Assembly (NCBI GenBank): GCA_001244265.2
Contig: CDLV01000014.1
Location: 186,001 to 250,000, forward strand
Source of the DNA: Microbotryum violaceum
Taxonomy: Eukaryota
Length of the DNA stretch: 64,000 nucleotides
Direction: 5' to 3'
The notes beneath the pieces were generated by a model. It made no database searches, was not told the origin of the DNA, and worked only from the letters and a program-made list of their open reading frames with translations. Numbering within the stretch: the stretch's first letter is position 1; each line of letters begins with the position of its first letter. Positions 1-12,958 of the stretch are shown in pieces. The translations under genes were made by a program, and so were the position numbers.

Positions 1-1980
1 TTCCGCATCTCGTAGTCGCAAGGCCAGTGGTCTGCCCTATAACTCGTCCGCCGCGACCGCCGGCTCCTTGCAAACCCGACGACAGCAACTTCTCTTGGCC
101 CTGCTCGAAAACGAGATGGACCGCCTGAAGCTGTGGACCAACCCGCTGCTCGATCCGAAGCGAGGCGCCATCCCCACTCCCCGCTCGACCGCCTCCGATG
201 CAAATTGGGTTCGAATGGCCAACATCGCGTGGTCGCACTGGCCCGGCGTGGCCGTGCAGCTGCCCGAACGCACCAAGCTGCCTGCCGTTGCGGCCGAGGT
301 CACCCGCCTCGTCCGATCAAACCCGCTTCGAGCGCAGCACATTCCTGATGCGTTGCAATACTTCGTCGGGGATAAGATCAGTCCCGAGTCCGAACGCCAC
401 CTGCGCGTGCTGCTCTTCTGGGCTCCTGTATCTGTCATCTCGGCGCTTCGATTTCTGTTCCCACTTTTCGAAGGCGATCCGATCCTCTTGCAGTACGCCC
501 TGCGCGTCCTCGAGCACCACCCCGTCGAGATCACCTTCTTCTACATCCCCCAGGTCGTCCAAGCGTTGCGCTTCGATGAACTTGGCTACGCCGAGCGTTT
601 CATCTTCGAGACGTCCAAGATCTCGCAGCTCTTCTGCCACCAGATTATCTGGAACATGAAAGCCAACGCTTACCGTGGAGATGACGGTGATGTTGAGGAC
701 CCCATGAAGCCGACGCTGGATCGCATGGTCGACATGATCGTCTCCTCGCTGTCCGGTGACGCGAAGGACTTCTTCCAGCGCGAGTTCGCCTTCTTTAATG
801 AAGTCACCTCGATCTCGGCGAAGCTCAAACCGTTCATCAAGTCTTCTAAGCACGAGAAGAAGGCAAAGATCGACGAAGAGATGGCCAAGATCAAAGTCGA
901 CGTTGGGGTTTACCTTCCTTCGAACCCCGATGGTATCGTGGTCGATGTCGATCGCAAGTCCGGTCGACCGCTTCAATCCCACGCCAAGGCTCCTTTCATG
1001 GCGACCTTCAAGGTTCGTCGCGATCACAAGCGCAGCGTCACGGCCGATCTCGATGCCCAAGATGCGCTCATTGAGGATGGGGAATCGAGCGGTCAGGTCC
1101 AGCCCAAGTCTTTCGACACGTGGCAATCCGCAATTTTCAAGGTCGGCGACGATTGTCGTCAGGATGTGCTCGCCTTGCAAATCATCGCCATGCATAAGAA
1201 CATCTTCACCGCCCTCGGTCTAGACTTGCTGGTCACGCCTTATCGTGTCACCGCGACAGGTCCTGGGTGTGGTGTGATCGATGTCATCCCCAACGCGACC
1301 TCGCGGGATGAGATGGGTCGCGCCAAGGTCAATGACCTCAAGAGCTTCTTCGTGCTCAAATACGGTAGCCCCGACGGCATCGAGTTCCAACGCGCTCGCA
1401 ACAACTTTATCCAGTCCATGGCGGCGTATTCGCTATTGTGCTACATTGTGCAGATCAAGGATCGCCACAACGGTAACATCATGATTGACGGAAAGGGGTG
1501 CATCACTCACATTGGTCAGTCCCGTGCTGCTAATCCCTTTACAGTTGTCCTTTCTGGTGTCTAACAAGTGATATTTTGTACTTGTCAGATTTCGGATTTT
1601 TGTTCGACATTGGCCCTGGTGGCGTCAAATTTGAGCCGTCGTCTTTCAAATTGTCGCACGAGATGATGGTCCTAATGGGCGGCAAGGATTCGGTCGGGTT
1701 CCGCCACTTCTCGGAACTTACCGTCAAATCGTTCCTCGCGTGCCGACCTTATGCGCAGCAGATCGTCGATACGGCAAGGCTCATGCTCGCGGCTGAATTC
1801 CCGTCGTTCAAGGGTGAACCGACGATGCAACGCCTGACAGAACGATTCCGCCTCGAACTGCGCGAAGACGAGGCGGCCGAGTACATGAAGGGCGTGATTG
1901 CGAACGCGCATGAGAACCCTCGCTCGATCGTCTACGACATCTTCCAGGAGAAGACGAACGGTATTCCTTATGTTCGGTAG
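1..1980 (+). CDS. STT4: Phosphatidylinositol 4-kinase (STT4 / PI4KIII-alpha type), 3' portion; 5' end lies outside the window
   Basis: ORFs 68-1564 and 1576-1980 are joined by intron 1515-1588 (GTCAGT...CTAAC...CAG), restoring HIDFGF. Kinase motifs PLQSHAKAPF, FKVGDDCRQD and IKDRHNGNIM are present, with C-terminal TNGIPY. Confidence 0.95.
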
Positions 1981-2177
1981 TTCTTGCGTGTGTGTGCGGG
2001 TATGGTATCGTGAGTTTCTTTGAATCAGTTTTTGCAATCTCAACTCGGGATGTTAGTGGCGTGCATTGGAACCAAGAAGTGAAGGCCAGTTGATCGAATG
2101 TTACAACACGATGAAAGAAACGTCAAACAAACTCTAAAACTGCAAAAACTTCATGTGTTCACTGCCACACAGTCCTC

Positions 2178-4992
2178 TCACTCCATCCTGGTGGGTATGT
2201 CCTGGTAGCTCTGCTTTTCGTCCACGGCCTGCATCTCCTTCATTGCCGCGACAAATCGAGCACCTCCGGGCCTGACGGAGCTGAACGAAGAGAGGAGGAA
2301 GATGCGGGCAAGCAAAAGCCAGACTATGATGAGCACAATCGACACCCAATCGCTGGGCAAGCGTCCACCGGTTGGGATGGTCAATGTTATCCGTTCGAGC
2401 GTGCGGGAAAGCTTGCTCTTGCCGAGCCACGATCGCAGCCCCAGCTTTTGCTTGCGCTGCATGATGTCAAGCAAAGTCGGGGCCATAATTTCAAGCATCG
2501 ACCAGTCCTGCACGATATCGGTAGCCTCCACAGGTCGCCCAAAGTCGGTCCTGGCCCAATCTTGGAACGTCACTCTTTGTGCATTGACCACCTTCCGCGC
2601 CTCGTCACTGGAGAAGAGATCCCATTTCTGATCCGGCGACTCGTCGATAAACCGGTTGAGACGCTTGGTCAGGGAATAATCTTGTCGATAATGCATCAAC
2701 ACCCCTTGACCATATTGTGCGAGCTCGGATTTGGCCATCCCCTCTGGCAAGGCGCAGTCCATCATGTTTGGTGCCCCCGACCACTTGGGCCAAGCCCCCT
2801 CTTCGGCGTAGACCTTGCCCACAGCCCCCGGTGTTATAACGAGAGATGTTCCGACTCCGAATTCCTGCAAGAGCTCGCGGGCGCACAGAGCGTCATCGGT
2901 GCCTCTCCGCTCGTCTTGACCAAATGTCGAGGAACATACACCGCGCGTTACGGCCCATTCGGTGAAGCCGAGGCCGGGAAGATGGATACCGGCAGACCAC
3001 CATGCCCATGGGTCGATGATCGTTTTTGACCTCAGGCCGGCGATGTGAAACTCGTGCATTCGCACCGGAGAGACGTACGGGAGAGGTATCCCTGCTCCAG
3101 GCCGATTAAAGTCAAAGTCGGGGAACTTGCGCTTGAGGTCGAGCAGCGCGGGCGTGTCGTTCGGAGGCTGATCATACCGGGGAGCGCAGTTGAGGCACCC
3201 AAATGCCGAGAGGAACTCGAAAGCCGCGGGGCGAAGACCTACCGCCATCTCTTTGAAGTTGAGTCCGAGTTTGTTCGCTTCTTTGAGTTCGATAGTACCA
3301 GGCCAGTAGTCGAAGTGGTAGGTAGAGTACATCCACTCGGTAAGAGGGGTGCTGTGGCGCGACGTCGGCGCCGGAGGCCACGCTTTCCCGTGGGCCGGCT
3401 TGAGAAAGATGTACTCGTCCCAATCGATAGTGCTCGTCCATCGGTGACCGTCGGCCATGGCGCGGAACACGCAATCTTGAAGTGCCGCCGTTTGACCATT
3501 GTACCAAAGCCTGACATCCTGCTCGCCGCTGCTGTAATCGCCCATCTCGAACTCTACCTCCGGAGTGAGCTCGTTCACGCCTGGGAGGTTCCACAGGCTC
3601 GGCTCGACTTGAAACTTCCGAGAGGCATGATGTCCGACGATGTTACTCTTCTTCCATCCCTGAGGTAGACCCCATCGAACCAGCTCGATCCCATCCGGGT
3701 TGCGGTCCACGAGCCCGCGTAGGGTCTCGAGAGTTTTTGGCCCGGGATCAAGCAGATAGATGTAGTATTTAGAGAACCCAAGGGCTTGATAGTGAGCCAT
3801 ATGGTGGGCCATCACAGCTGTTGATCAAGAGAGTGTCAGAAAGATGATAACCTGCTCGTCTTAAAGGTGTAATGTTAGACTCACGAGCGAAGACATCACC
3901 CGTTAGTGGGGCCAAACAGATAGCAGCCGAGCCATTCCCAGAACGATGAGCCTCGGTGTCGAGTCGAGGGATTGCGGTCACTGGCACAAAGACGTCGGCT
4001 GGAGGCGGCAGGTCGACCAGTGATAGTGTGGCATAGCTGTGAGCGTAAGCCCAATCCGCCGGTCAGGCACCGTCATAGAAGAGCGACCGAGATGACACAG
4101 CCCACCACTTACATATCGGAATTCTCCCAATCCAGCTGGGCATCCGAATACGCCTCGAGTGGACAATGAAACATGACGCTGACCAAGTCCTTCTCTTCTT
4201 CGTGGGAGTCGGGGAGGGCATTCAGCCTCGTCGGAGTGACTGTGAACGAGGTTCGCCCGTGAATTCGGTCGCGTAGTACGATGTGGCACTGCAGCAGCAA
4301 CGGAACCTGGGGAAACGACCCTGATGGGTACGACATGTAGCCCTTCCCTTTCATTTGAGCGATGATGGCGACTTGTGGAGGTTCGGGTCTCGACTGGGTC
4401 GCATTCTCGGTCGAACCTTCACGCTTAATAATAAGCGGCCGCGGGTCGACCCAGGCGCTCGTAAGCCACACCTGAGCGGAGTCCGAAAGATAGGAGTGAT
4501 TCGAATCAGCAGCGATCACGGGTGTACGTGAGCCGCGAGAGTCCAACCTACCTCATCGTAGGGTGCAGGTGCCTTGTACTCTTCGAGGTGCCGCAGCCGC
4601 AATGGAGCAATTACACCACCCTTCGCGAGCCGAGTCGTGCGGGCCTCGATGCGGTCGAAGTTGTGCCAGGACAGCGCCTTGGAGTCCGCAGTTGCAGCCA
4701 GCCCTGACGATGGCAGAGCCCTGTGGATGAGGGTGCGAACGCGAGAGATTGGCCTCTTTTGACCTAAGAATACTCTTGGGTAGAGCACCACCGTCAGAAC
4801 GACGAAGGCAACGGCCCAAAATAATCGCACGGGCAACCGAGCTCGTCTCGGCGATGGAATGTTGCGCGGTGACAAGGGCGGCAGAGGTGCAGCATCGCTC
4901 GCACCATCTGTGACGGGAACGCATGCGATACTCAACATCGACCGTCGCCCATTTCTCGTGGGTGTTGGTGGTGCCGACGCAGTGCCGTTCAT
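2178..4992 (-). CDS. Multi-exon glycosyltransferase family 92 (DUF23)-like membrane protein
   Basis: 545-aa ORF with 'HMAHYQALGFSKYYIY' and 'GQTAALQDCVFRA...WTSTIDWDEYIF' (GT-A DxD motif as in GT92). Upstream ORFs (4516-4992, 4109-4546, 3978-4289) supply an N-terminal TM helix (LFWAVAFVVLTVVLY). A C-terminal hydrophobic helix is also present. Start and exon boundaries are approximate. Confidence 0.6.
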
Positions 4993-6035
4993 TGTTCTGG
5001 CGGGGCCTCCCAGTCGCAGGAACCTCGGCACCAAGGGCAAGAGCAGCCGAAAGACAGGCGAGACCACGTAGGCGTACCGGTCGGCTCGGGGGGCGTTCCG
5101 GACGAGTGGTGTATTAACTTGGCCTCGTCTCGATGGCCACGAGTTGATGGAGCGTTTTCTCACACTCTGCGACGTCGCTGAGAAGTCGCGAGAGGAAGAA
5201 CCTTGAGCGGCCATGGGTCCCGTTGTTCTTTGAAGACCAACTGAAACCGTACGCAGCAAGGAACCGAGGGCAGATCTTCGGGATGTCTGCCACGTGCCCT
5301 CTTCCACGGAGGCCGGGGACTCGCGGGGGGACAACAAAGGCGCAACTCCGCGGAGTCGACGGGCGCGCACCTGCCTCTTTTGGCGCGTAATGAGGCATCA
5401 TGTCTCAGATGGCTGTACTAATGGCTGTACGACGAGGCATAACAGATGTCCACCCGCATTATGCCGGAGAGGTCATCGCCTTGGTGACCACTGATATTTT
5501 TGCTTTGTTTTTTGGTGACTTTACAGACCGTGTAGTACGAGGCTGAGCAATTTCGCTGGGTCCTTTTTGGCAGGGCCACTTTACCTTCGCAGATGCACTT
5601 GGGAGACATTCTCGTCTCGAAGAAACCCACGCCACGGCCCCTGCCGGTGGCCCCGGCGGCGGGCCCCGGCGGCGACCGGTGTTTTTCGATAGTGCGAGCA
5701 GCACCCGTGTGGCTAGTAATTCCTGGTTTGGTTCACGCAAAAATCTCGCAGCGGTTTGGTTTTCAACCACAGGTTTTGCAGAGGCTGAGTTTGGAGATTA
5801 GGTGAACGAAGCCACGCCGGGAGGTCCGCGCGCGATTTCGGGAGAGGTCAATTCTTGTGGCTTCGCTAGGTCTTGGACTGGGTGATCAGGCCAACTCACA
5901 GCGCACTCCGGAAACGATCCGAATTTAGTCCCGTATACAAATGACTCCACCTGCTAGCTGACCGGTGGCGAATACATTGCCAAGATACAGAGCGCATCAC
6001 CCAGGCCGAGCGAAATTGGACTCCTTTTCCCCCTC

Positions 6036-8947
6036 TCAGTCTTCCCGTGAAGCCGCCAACTTGAACGCTAGTTCTTCATCCTTTCTCTCGCGTTCTTCCT
6101 TTTCTTCCTTTTCCCTTTCCTCCCACTGCCTTGCCATCAGCTCGTTCCTCTTCTCTTCCTCCACTCTCATCTTCTCCTCCTCTTCCAACAGCTTCCTCAC
6201 CACCTCCTCGTCCTCCCTCGCTTTCTGGATTCGCACCTGATCTTCCGCAGCTCCAGCTTCTTCAGCGAGTGAAGCGGCGAGCCGAGCGTCTTCCTGTTCC
6301 TGTTGGAAGCGAAACAACGATCGAGCTTGATCGGCGAGCATGACGGGATCGACCGAACTCGACTTGGTCGCGGAAGGTTTCGCTGACGAACCAGCTCCCG
6401 AGGACGTCGATGCCGATAAAGAGGTCGGAAGATACGATGACTGGGTGAGTGTCTTGAGTGATGGTGAAAGAGTCGGTGACGAAGGCGAGGGTACAGGCTC
6501 GGCTTTCTGCTTGCCCTTGTCCTTCGATTTGGGCGTTGCTGCCTCCACGTTCGGGCTCAGCTCCAAGGACGACATCCGCGAGGTTGAAGTCGACGCCGAG
6601 CCGAGCGGGAGCGAGCCATGTCGAGGTGGAGGCGCAACGAACTCTGGAGATACGGCTGGTGATGCTGATACGACAGGGCTCGGCGCATTATACGGCGTTT
6701 TCGGTGGTCGAGGTGGAGCCTCGGGCGAAAAGTTCCCGGGCGAAATGCTGGGACTTGGAGAGCTGCGCGACTGCGTAATGTCAATCCGCGGCGACGAGGC
6801 TAAGTATGATGGCGAGTGTGCATCAGAGTTGCGATGGGTAGAGGACTGGTCAGGGACCCGCAGCGGTGGTTGTGGGTCGTATTGAGAACGATTGGGTTGA
6901 TCTGAAGCGGCGGGATAGGAGGGCTGATACATGTGTTGGTACTGCTGCAAGTCTTCTCGGCGGAATTGTTGATGTTGCTGTTGGCTGGTTCGACGATACT
7001 CTTGTGGGCACATTTGCTGCTGTTGTAGTGGTTGCTGAGGTGGTTGCTGATGTGTTTGTGGTTGTGGGATGATTTGGTGGGATTGATGATGTTGGACTTG
7101 GTGCGCATGCTGGTACGGTGGCATCAGCTGCTGCAGACCAGTATTAGGTTGGGGGTTTTGGAGCATATAATTGGAAACGACGGTCCCTATGTCCTCGAGG
7201 CTTGGCGAAGACTGCGGATGTTGAGCAGGAGGAGGCGGCTGGAGGACGCCTACCTCGGTGCATGCTGCTCCAGCGCCGTAAGATTGTCGTTGTGGATACG
7301 CAACTAGACTTGCGCCCGGCGGACTGGGCAATGGCCGACGACTGGCAGATGATGCCGTTTCTTGTGAAGGAAGCTGTTCAGGTATCGATAGCGACGACAT
7401 TTGCCTAACGAGTGTAGGGGGCTGCTGCGCATAGGACCCAGATATTGGCCCCAATGGCGAGTGAGACGGAGGTCTCGAGCCAGGCACGAGGCTCGGAGGA
7501 AAGTTATTCCGAGTAGGTGATGGCCGGGACTCTGGCGCACTGGAGAAGGTCATGGCCGAAGTCGCATCTTCAGTCGCATTGGAGGGGCGGTTGAAGGTGA
7601 TGGCTTGCGGAGGGTCCGTCTGCTGGACAGCTTCCGGCTGCGCATACTTGGAAGGTCTTGGAACGGGATCAAAGCGTCCTGCCGGTCGTTGCAGCATTGG
7701 GCGGGTAGCCAAATGCCCAGGTTGTAGTCGTGTGCTCGGATCGAGCCTTGAGGGCCGCCGCTGCAGGGAGGAAAGATTCGTCGGCACAGGTAACGGAGCA
7801 GTGATCGTCGAAGCAGGTCGTGTTGAGGGCCCAGTCATCGACTTGGTGTTCTTTGAAATAGGAGCGAGTTCATCAGTATCCCTCTCGTGATGAAATGTGG
7901 GGCCTCATCTGCTCACTGGACGATAGATTGCTGGGTAGAAAGTCTACGGAGGTTAGGCGAGAGTCGGTCAGCATGTTCTCTAGTCTGACGCTTCCAGATT
8001 CGATGCCTTGGGCGCACCATCTCTAGGAATACCTCTCCCGCAAATTTTCCATCCCTCTGGAGCTGGACCCAGTCTGCGAAGTAGAGAGTTTTGTACAATT
8101 CAACTTGTGCCCCAACTTGGTGCCCTTACCCGCAGCGGCGCAAATTCTGCAGCTCCAGCCCTAGAGCGCCTGGATAGACAGGGCATTGAACGTACCATCG
8201 AATTCGTAGGTGCCCGTATCCTTATTCCGGACCCAGTTTTTACTATCGACAACCGAGACCTGTCCCTGTCCTACGAGTTGATCGTCGCCGGCTCGACCGG
8301 ATGTTTCATCACGGATCTTGACCAAGAGAGGCTCGGTCGGTGCCTTTGTCGTCTCGGCGGCATGCACCACGAAGCGAAACTCTTCGTCCCAGACTAGGTA
8401 TCAATCCGTAGACTATGAGCTCAAGCGTATATTTTAGCGCCTAGACTAAGACGCACTGACCTGGATTCTGCGGGTCCCTTGGATCGACTCGGGTCGACTC
8501 TACCCCACCTGGCGACTCTGTTAATTCGACCGTACAAAGCGGGGACTGCAGCAACGTAACATGGTGGGAATCGTCAGCGACACGATCATGTGGCACGGAC
8601 GAGTCACTCGAGCCCGCACCTTGACCGTTTCATCGAGGTGTTGTGCTGATGTAAGCCCCAAGGTCGTCGCCATCACCGAGAGCGAGCCAGACACGTGAGT
8701 TCTCGTCCATTCCCATCCACTATCGCAGCACTTGGTCCTTCCGAATTCAAGACATACCTCGCAGCACCACGACAATCAATTGTCCCACCTCGCGCTTCCT
8801 GACAGCCGGTGGAGGGGCTGGACCAGCGAGCAGTTCGGGCAGAGGAGGCGGTGCTTCGGGCAATGAGTCGACCACCGGCGTCGGCCGATTCACCAGGTCC
8901 AACATGGAGCCAGAAGACACGTGGGGAATTGGTTGTAGCCATGACAT
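6036..8947 (-). CDS. C2-domain protein with a long Pro/Gln/Ser-rich tail, Inn1/Fic1-like (cytokinesis ingression protein)
   Basis: Exons read EVGQLIVVVLRG|, ...LLVKIRDETSGRAGDDQLVGQGQVSV...YEFD|, DWVQLQRDGKFAGEVFLEM| (a C2 fold), followed by a 600-aa PxxP-rich low-complexity ORF. This matches the Inn1/Fic1 architecture. Confidence 0.7.
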
Positions 8948-9775
8948 CTGGCCTCAAGAGGTTTGACAGAAATTGTTGGCGTTGAAGCGCAGAATGAACC
9001 CGCGCAAGCCGTGTAAGGTAACAACCGACCAACCGGCAACCGCCGAACGTCGCCAGTCGGTCCGAGACGGTCCGAGCTTTTTCGCTAGCGGACTCAACTT
9101 TCAGTACGGTTTATCCTCGGACTTTGTTCTACCCAAACCATGAAAAAACAGAGAAGAGGAGACCAGTCGGAGCCGCTGTGCAACGCGGTCTGCTACGTGC
9201 ACGTGAAAAAAAAGAGAAAAAAGCAAACACAATGAACCCCCCCCCCCACATCCCCACTTCCTCTCCATCATCCCCATCTTCGCGTGGGTGCGCGGTGAAT
9301 TGGTGATGGTGCGACGTGGTGCGACGTGGTGCGAGGCGAAGGGACGTTGGACAGCGCGTGCCCGGTGGTGGGTCACGCGGTCACGAGCCACCTACTAGCC
9401 AGTATGAGAAAATCGCCACTACTGTGTCAGGAGAGGTCGACAGTTGAGACCAGAAGGCGTGAGAAGGGACCTAAGAAGCAAGAAGTGGCGCGTTGGGATA
9501 GGCCCGGGCGCGTGGCAATGTACCAGAATGTACCAGAATGTATCAGTTACTAAGCTCGACGCCCCAGAGGGAGGGCTTAGTTGAGCTTAACCAGTCACCT
9601 ATGCGGGTCAAATTAAGCCTGCCAAGAAAACTAGGTCGCGCGTAACGCGTAAGTAGCGGACTCGATCGATCATCGCTTGGGCTGACTCTCGCTCACTCGA
9701 TTACCAACCATCCGCTGGAAGAGTGTCGAAGCAGCACATCAAAAGCTCGTCAGATCGTAATGAGATATGATTTCG

Positions 9776-10996
9776 TCACCCCTGCTGGGCCATCGCACTG
9801 AGCACCTGCAACGTTCTCTCAAAAATCGCATTTGTTTCCTCTTCTGCAGTCCGGTCCTCATCCTCGCCCCTTCGTGCATCGTCATCCGAGTCGGGATACT
9901 CCAAATCCGGGTCAAAGCCTTTCTTCAACTCTGTCGAATGACGCGGGAAAGTCGCTGTCGAGAGGGGTACTGGGGGTGGCTTGAAGTGGACTTCGACCGA
10001 AGCCGGAATATCGTCCTGGGCCTCTTCCTCCATAACGTCAACTTCCTCGAAGCCATCCTCTTCGTCCTCGTCGTCGCCGTCGTCTTCCCCATCTTCTTCC
10101 ATCTTGATGCTCTCACCTTCCATCGTCCCCGGGCCTAGGTCACCATTTCCTTCCATTCTGACAACCTCACGAGGCGAATCCTCTTCTCCATAGCCATCAT
10201 CCAAATCGCCGAGCCCGACCTGTTCCAAAGCATTCCTTTCCTCGCCATCCCATCTCCTGGGCTGCACAACCTCCCCTCGTGGATTGTACGCCTTCCTCCT
10301 CTCCGACTCGAACGAAGCGATCCCCAATGCCATGGCGGTCGATCGGCGAATCTCACCGATCAAACTCGAAAGTCGAGCGCGAACGGTCCAACTCGTGCTC
10401 GTACTCGAACTGGCAATCGAGATCTCCTCGAGGTCGGAAGGGAGTTTTTCTGGACCTGAAGGGCCTGGTAGCCGCAATAGTAGTATCTTGATCCATGCTT
10501 GGTCAAACGTCTTGAGAGTCGTCCACAGGATTGGCAAGGTTGCCTCGGGGATCGGATAGGCTTTGATCGCGGGTGCGAGTAATCCCGTCAAGGTCAGTGC
10601 GTATGCGATTCGTAGCGAATGGGAAGGTTCGATCGGTGGGATCGTCAGGATCATGTTGGTGAGGAGGTTAGTGAGCTGCGTGTATGCGTGGACAGGGAGG
10701 TTGAGAACCTGGATCAGCTGCTCGTCTCATGTGGGGAGCCAGCCGGGAGCCTACGAAGCGGGGCATTTAAGGTACAGACTTACGGTCCCCAAATAAGACG
10801 CCAGAGTGCGATGGGCCGAGTTGGGTGAGGAACGTGATTCGAACGCTTGGGAGAGCAGCAAGAGTTGTTGATCGAGGAAGAGTACGAGTCGCGATTCTTG
10901 TCGCTCGGTCAATGCCTGGAGTGGGGAACCAGCCGAGGAAGAGACCCCTGTGGCCGCCTCGTCTTGGCAGGCTGAGGTCGAGGCAGAAAGCGCCAT
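9776..10996 (-). CDS. Tfb6-like protein (TFIIH-associated), two exons
   Basis: 'ESRLVLFLDQQLLLLSQAF', 'LRIAYALTLTG', 'TLKTFDQAW' and 'WTVRARLSSLIGEIR' resemble the Tfb6 family pattern, with an acidic C-terminus. GTAAGT donor near 10783. Confidence 0.5.
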
Positions 10997-11248
10997 TTTG
11001 TTTTCTGACCAGCGCGATCGAGACAGGGGCCAAATGCGGAAGAGAAGAGCCAGCCAGAATGATCGCCGACCAGACCGGCTCAGGCTCTCGGCGCACTCTC
11101 GGCGACGCTATTCGTCGCCTCGATCAGCTTCGATCAGCGGAGCGGTCCGAGCGCCTTCGCAGCCCGTGATGATCGTCACCGCGGGTCGGCGGAACTGCTC
11201 CTCCACTTGCTTGCCTGCTGCTTCATCTCTTTCCCAAAGCAAATTACC

Positions 11249-12606
11249 ATGGCAACCAAAGACAAGAAGAGCAAGGCTAAAGCCAAGCCTCCCTCACCCT
11301 CCCAATCTGCATCATCGTCTTCGGCTTCAAGCAGCAGCAGCAGCAGCGCCAGCAGCGAGAGTGAGAGCGACAGCGACAGCCAGCAGCAGCCACGACCAGC
11401 CGCTGCGGCAGCTGTTGTAGGCACTCCTGTCGTTCCTTCGAGGTCGTCGTGAGTCCATTCTCCAGCGGATCTACTCCTGCACCTCCCTATTGTGCTGAAT
11501 TTCGGCTCAATCGCCCTCACCAGCAAATACACCCCCCCACCAGGCTACAAAGCACTGCGCTCATCCGCTGTATCGACCTCGGCCATCCCACTCGACTATG
11601 ACAAACTAGCGTCCTCTTCGGCAAAAAATCAACAGATTTGGTTGGTGCGACTACCTCGTGGCGTAGGTCCCTTCAGCCTCGTCTTTCCGGAAGGGTCAAG
11701 TTCTTCAGCTAACCAGACCTCACGCGCTCCAGTTGAAACCCTCAGCATTAGACGGACAAACGCTGCAACTCCCATCGGGAAGCGATGCAACATCCGACGA
11801 TTTTGTCTCGGACGAGCCTCTGGCACGGTTCACCAAGCACTCGGTGCCATACTCGGTACACCAAGTCCCATCGTCTTCGTTGGCACCTTCTTCGGTCGGG
11901 AGTGAGATGCAACACTTTGTTCCGATTGTGCCCAGGGGTTCCAAGAACGGGAAACTATACCAGGGTGAGCTTCTCTTCTCGAGCCTTGCATTCGAACGTC
12001 ACACTCGAATCATTGCGCTGACGAATCCTTCACCCGTGCGCAGCTCCTCTCCCCGTCTCTCGACAGCTCTACATCACTCGCTCGACCGAACCCACGCACC
12101 TCCCCTCCCTCACCCACCCTCACTCCGAAGCAAGCTCCCAAGCCTCGTCCCTCATCGCGTCGCAACCCTCCCCCGTCCCCGGTGCATTGCTCACCTCGTC
12201 CCAATTGCTCCAACCTCCGACCTCGGACGAGATTCAACGACTCCTTAGTCGGAAACAACGCATCGTACCTGAAGGGATTGAATTGAAGTACCGTCCCATC
12301 CTCAGTGGGGCAAGAGGGATTGTAGGCGGGAAAGGAACGTACCATTCGGCTGGGGTGCATCTGAAGAAGTACTTGGTGCATGAAGATGTCGAGATGCAAA
12401 ACGACGAGAAGGAAGCGGGAGAAGCTCACTTGGAAGCTCATTTGCAGACGGCGACGACTCGATTCGACAAGGACGAAGGTGTCGAGGTCAAGGAAGGGGG
12501 GATGCTCGATATCGTCGATCAAGGTCAGATCGAGAGCAAGAAGAAGAGGAAAGGGGTTGATGACCAGAGTAAGAAGAACAAGAAGAAGAAGGTCTCGTCG
12601 GGCTGA
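11249..12606 (+). CDS. RNA polymerase I subunit A34.5 (RPA34)-like, multi-exon
   Basis: 'YTPPPGYKAL', 'QIWLVRLPRG', 'LKPSALDG', 'PEGIELKYRP' and a Lys-rich C-terminal tail, typical of RNA_polI_A34. Confidence 0.65.
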
Positions 12607-12958
12607 AGTTCTCACTATAGCTTCCCGGTGGGGGGATGCAATGGATGGATTGTAGAGTAAATCGGATTGACGATGCGAGACATCAACAAAGTCAGGGGTC
12701 TTTCTTAGGTCCCCGGGGAGTTGACTCGGCCCAGGTGAGATTAAGTTCATACGTAGATGTGGGATAATAGCGAACGTCCGAAGCGAAAGACAAGAAAGAA
12801 AAGGAGGAAAATGGCTAACGAAAAACCCTGAGGGGGATGGATGAATGTAGTTGACAACAGGTGATGAAGCAGAGACGAGAGAAAGTCGAAGGATTGAAGC
12901 TAAAGCGCACCGAGAGGAAAGATAATAGGCACACGACGGACGAAAATCGACGAGGCCT

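Noticed and set aside
317-1195. 292-aa antisense ORF inside STT4 (and similar ones opposite CBF5, NVJ2-like, GH2, GH1 and AKR)
   Set aside because: Shadow ORFs expected from GC-rich codon bias, with no domain motifs.
9308-9545. Short tandem duplications (GTGCGACGTG x2.6; AATGTACCAG x2.6) upstream of the C2 gene
   Set aside because: Too short and low-copy to distinguish from ordinary replication slippage.
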